From assembly GCA_963741955.1 (NCBI GenBank), contig CAVUKB010000007.1, forward strand, positions 448,001-512,000: a DNA stretch of 64,000 bases, in the 5' to 3' direction. The first letter of the stretch is position 1. Each line of letters opens with the position of its first letter. Shown here in pieces: positions 62,646 to 64,000 of the stretch. Source of the stretch: an uncultured Acidobacteriota bacterium (lineage in GTDB: Bacteria; Acidobacteriota; Thermoanaerobaculia; Gp7-AA8). A program made the position numbers and the translations under genes. The notes under the pieces were generated by a model that worked only from the letters and a program-made list of their open reading frames with translations, was not told the DNA's origin and did no database searches.

Positions 62646-63635
62646 TGAGCCTGGTGGCGGGCTCGTTCCGGTCGGCGGCGGCGGGACGGTCGTCGTGGTT
62701 TCCGGCGGAGGTGCGGTGGTGGTGTCGGTCGAAGTCTCGGTCGGAGCGGTCCCTGTCGTCGAAGAGGTCTCCGTCGGAGTGGTCGTCCCGGTCGTGTCCG
62801 TCGTCGACGTCGATGTCACGGTCGGTTCGCTCTCCGGTGCTTCCGCGGCCGTATCCGGCTCGCTCGTTTCGGACCCGGTCGTCGTCTCCCCCGTCGACGT
62901 CTCCTGCTGTTCTTCTTCCTGCTTCCGCGACTCGGTCAGAATCTGCTGCTCCGCGCCGTATCCCCAGCGGCTCAGTCTCGCGAGGATGATTCGTTGCCGG
63001 GCCCGAAGGCGCTTGTTCGGATCTCCCGGATCCATCACCGTCGGGTTCGGAAGCGCACCTGCGAGGAGAGCGGCTTCCGTCGCGGTGAGCTCCGAGGCGT
63101 GCTTGCCGAAGTAGTGTTCCGCGGCGGCCTCCGCACCGTAGACTCGTTCGCCGAATTCGACGACGTTGAGGTACAGCTCGAGAATTCGCTTCTTGGAGAG
63201 GTTCTTCTCCAGGCTTTTCGCGATCAGGAGCTCCTCGATCTTCCGCAGCGGGTTTTTCGACGGCGAGAGATAGAGGTTCTTCGCGAGCTGCTGGGTGATG
63301 GTCGATCCACCGTACGCGAAGCGCTTCTTCTCCCAATCCTTCCGGAGCGCCTCCTTCAATCCGTGGACGTCCACTCCTTCGTGCTCGTAGAACGAATTGT
63401 CCTCTGAGACGAGCACCGCCCGACGGAGCGCGGGAGCGATCCGCGAATACGGAACCCAGTGGTACTGGAGATCGTCGTTCTTCCCCTCCGCACGGAGCTC
63501 CGCTTTCCTCTCTTCCATGAACGCAGTGGTCTTCGGTTTCTCCCGGCGAAGCTTCGCCGTGTCGGGGAACGTCAGCCATTTCCATCCAACGAAGAGGAGG
63601 AGTGCGAGAAAAACGATCAGGAAAATTTTCTTCAT
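62643..63635 (-). CDS. mtgA: Monofunctional peptidoglycan transglycosylase with a Thr/Glu/Pro-rich tail
   Basis: SEDNSFYEHEG, GGSTITQQLAKNL, RKIEE, ILELYLN, YGAEAAA. Confidence 0.92.
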   Translation of the reverse strand: MKKIFLIVFLALLLFVGWKWLTFPDTAKLRREKPKTTAFMEERKAELRAEGKNDDLQYHWVPYSRIAPALRRAVLVSEDNSFYEHEGVDVHGLKEALRKDWEKKRFAYGGSTITQQLAKNLYLSPSKNPLRKIEELLIAKSLEKNLSKKRILELYLNVVEFGERVYGAEAAAEHYFGKHASELTATEAALLAGALPNPTVMDPGDPNKRLRARQRIILARLSRWGYGAEQQILTESRKQEEEQQETSTGETTTGSETSEPDTAAEAPESEPTVTSTSTTDTTGTTTPTETSSTTGTAPTETSTDTTTAPPPETTTTVPPPPTGTSPPPGS

Positions 63636-63826
63636 CTGCGGTCGAAGATCCGTGATTTGTGGTCGAGACTCTGGCATCTTTGGACGAAGGCCGGATGGCT
63701 CTTCTCGAGTCGCCTTACCGGCTTCGTCAGCCCTCTTCGATTCTCACTCAAAAGAGGTGCCTGCCGGATTCTCCCACGAGATCGGATGTCCGGTCCCGTA
63801 TGACGGATAATAGATCCGAGGTTCGC

Positions 63827-64000
63827 ATGCACAGATTGACCATTCCTGCACTCGTTCTGCTTCTCCTGGTTCCCGCCGGCGCGGATGCGATCGACACCGG
63901 ACCGGTTCGGGGAAGTCACGTCGCCATCACCGCCACTCCCGACATCAACGCCACGGGAGTCGATCCCGAAGCGAGACGCCTGATGCCTCGCTATCTGGCG
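63827..64000 (+). CDS. Secreted protein, N-terminal part only
   Basis: GAGG upstream; MHRLTIPALVLLLLVPAGADA signal peptide; frame open to the window end. Confidence 0.55.
   Translation, partial: MHRLTIPALVLLLLVPAGADAIDTGPVRGSHVAITATPDINATGVDPEARRLMPRYLA

Overview
GC-rich bacterial chromosome segment. Gene style, such as the secreted beta-propeller ending in -HHARGVRR, suggests Acidobacteriota/Thermoanaerobaculia (inference). The first ~16 kb is an accessory zone. It holds a degraded DDE insertion sequence that splits a small Cys-rich secreted-peptide gene, four toxin-antitoxin modules (HicAB, MNT-HEPN with a frameshifted toxin, BrnT-HTH, Xre-RES), a propeller-GGDEF diguanylate cyclase and gene remnants, all punctuated by directly oriented repeats. 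The rest is mostly housekeeping: a lysine/DAP operon (asd-lysC-dapB-dapA-dapD-aminotransferase), egtD, an osmoprotectant-type ABC transporter, moeA, folE, acyl-CoA dehydrogenase, a NarX/NarL-type pair, pabB/pabC, eno, znuBC-like genes, a C25 peptidase and mtgA. Best candidates for undescribed biology: (1) a PafA/Dop-like carboxylate-amine ligase with no pup or proteasome genes in the window, co-oriented with two signal-peptide-less peptidases (M15 metallopeptidase, class A beta-lactamase-fold serine hydrolase); (2) an 8 x 122-bp structured non-coding tandem array between egtD and the ABC transporter; (3) a cassette-like arrangement of accessory genes separated by GGGGYCAGGYCTTCGATTCTCG repeats; (4) a BNR beta-propeller + ubiquitin-like MoaD/ThiS pair. 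All family calls come from motif recognition by eye; no database searches were run.
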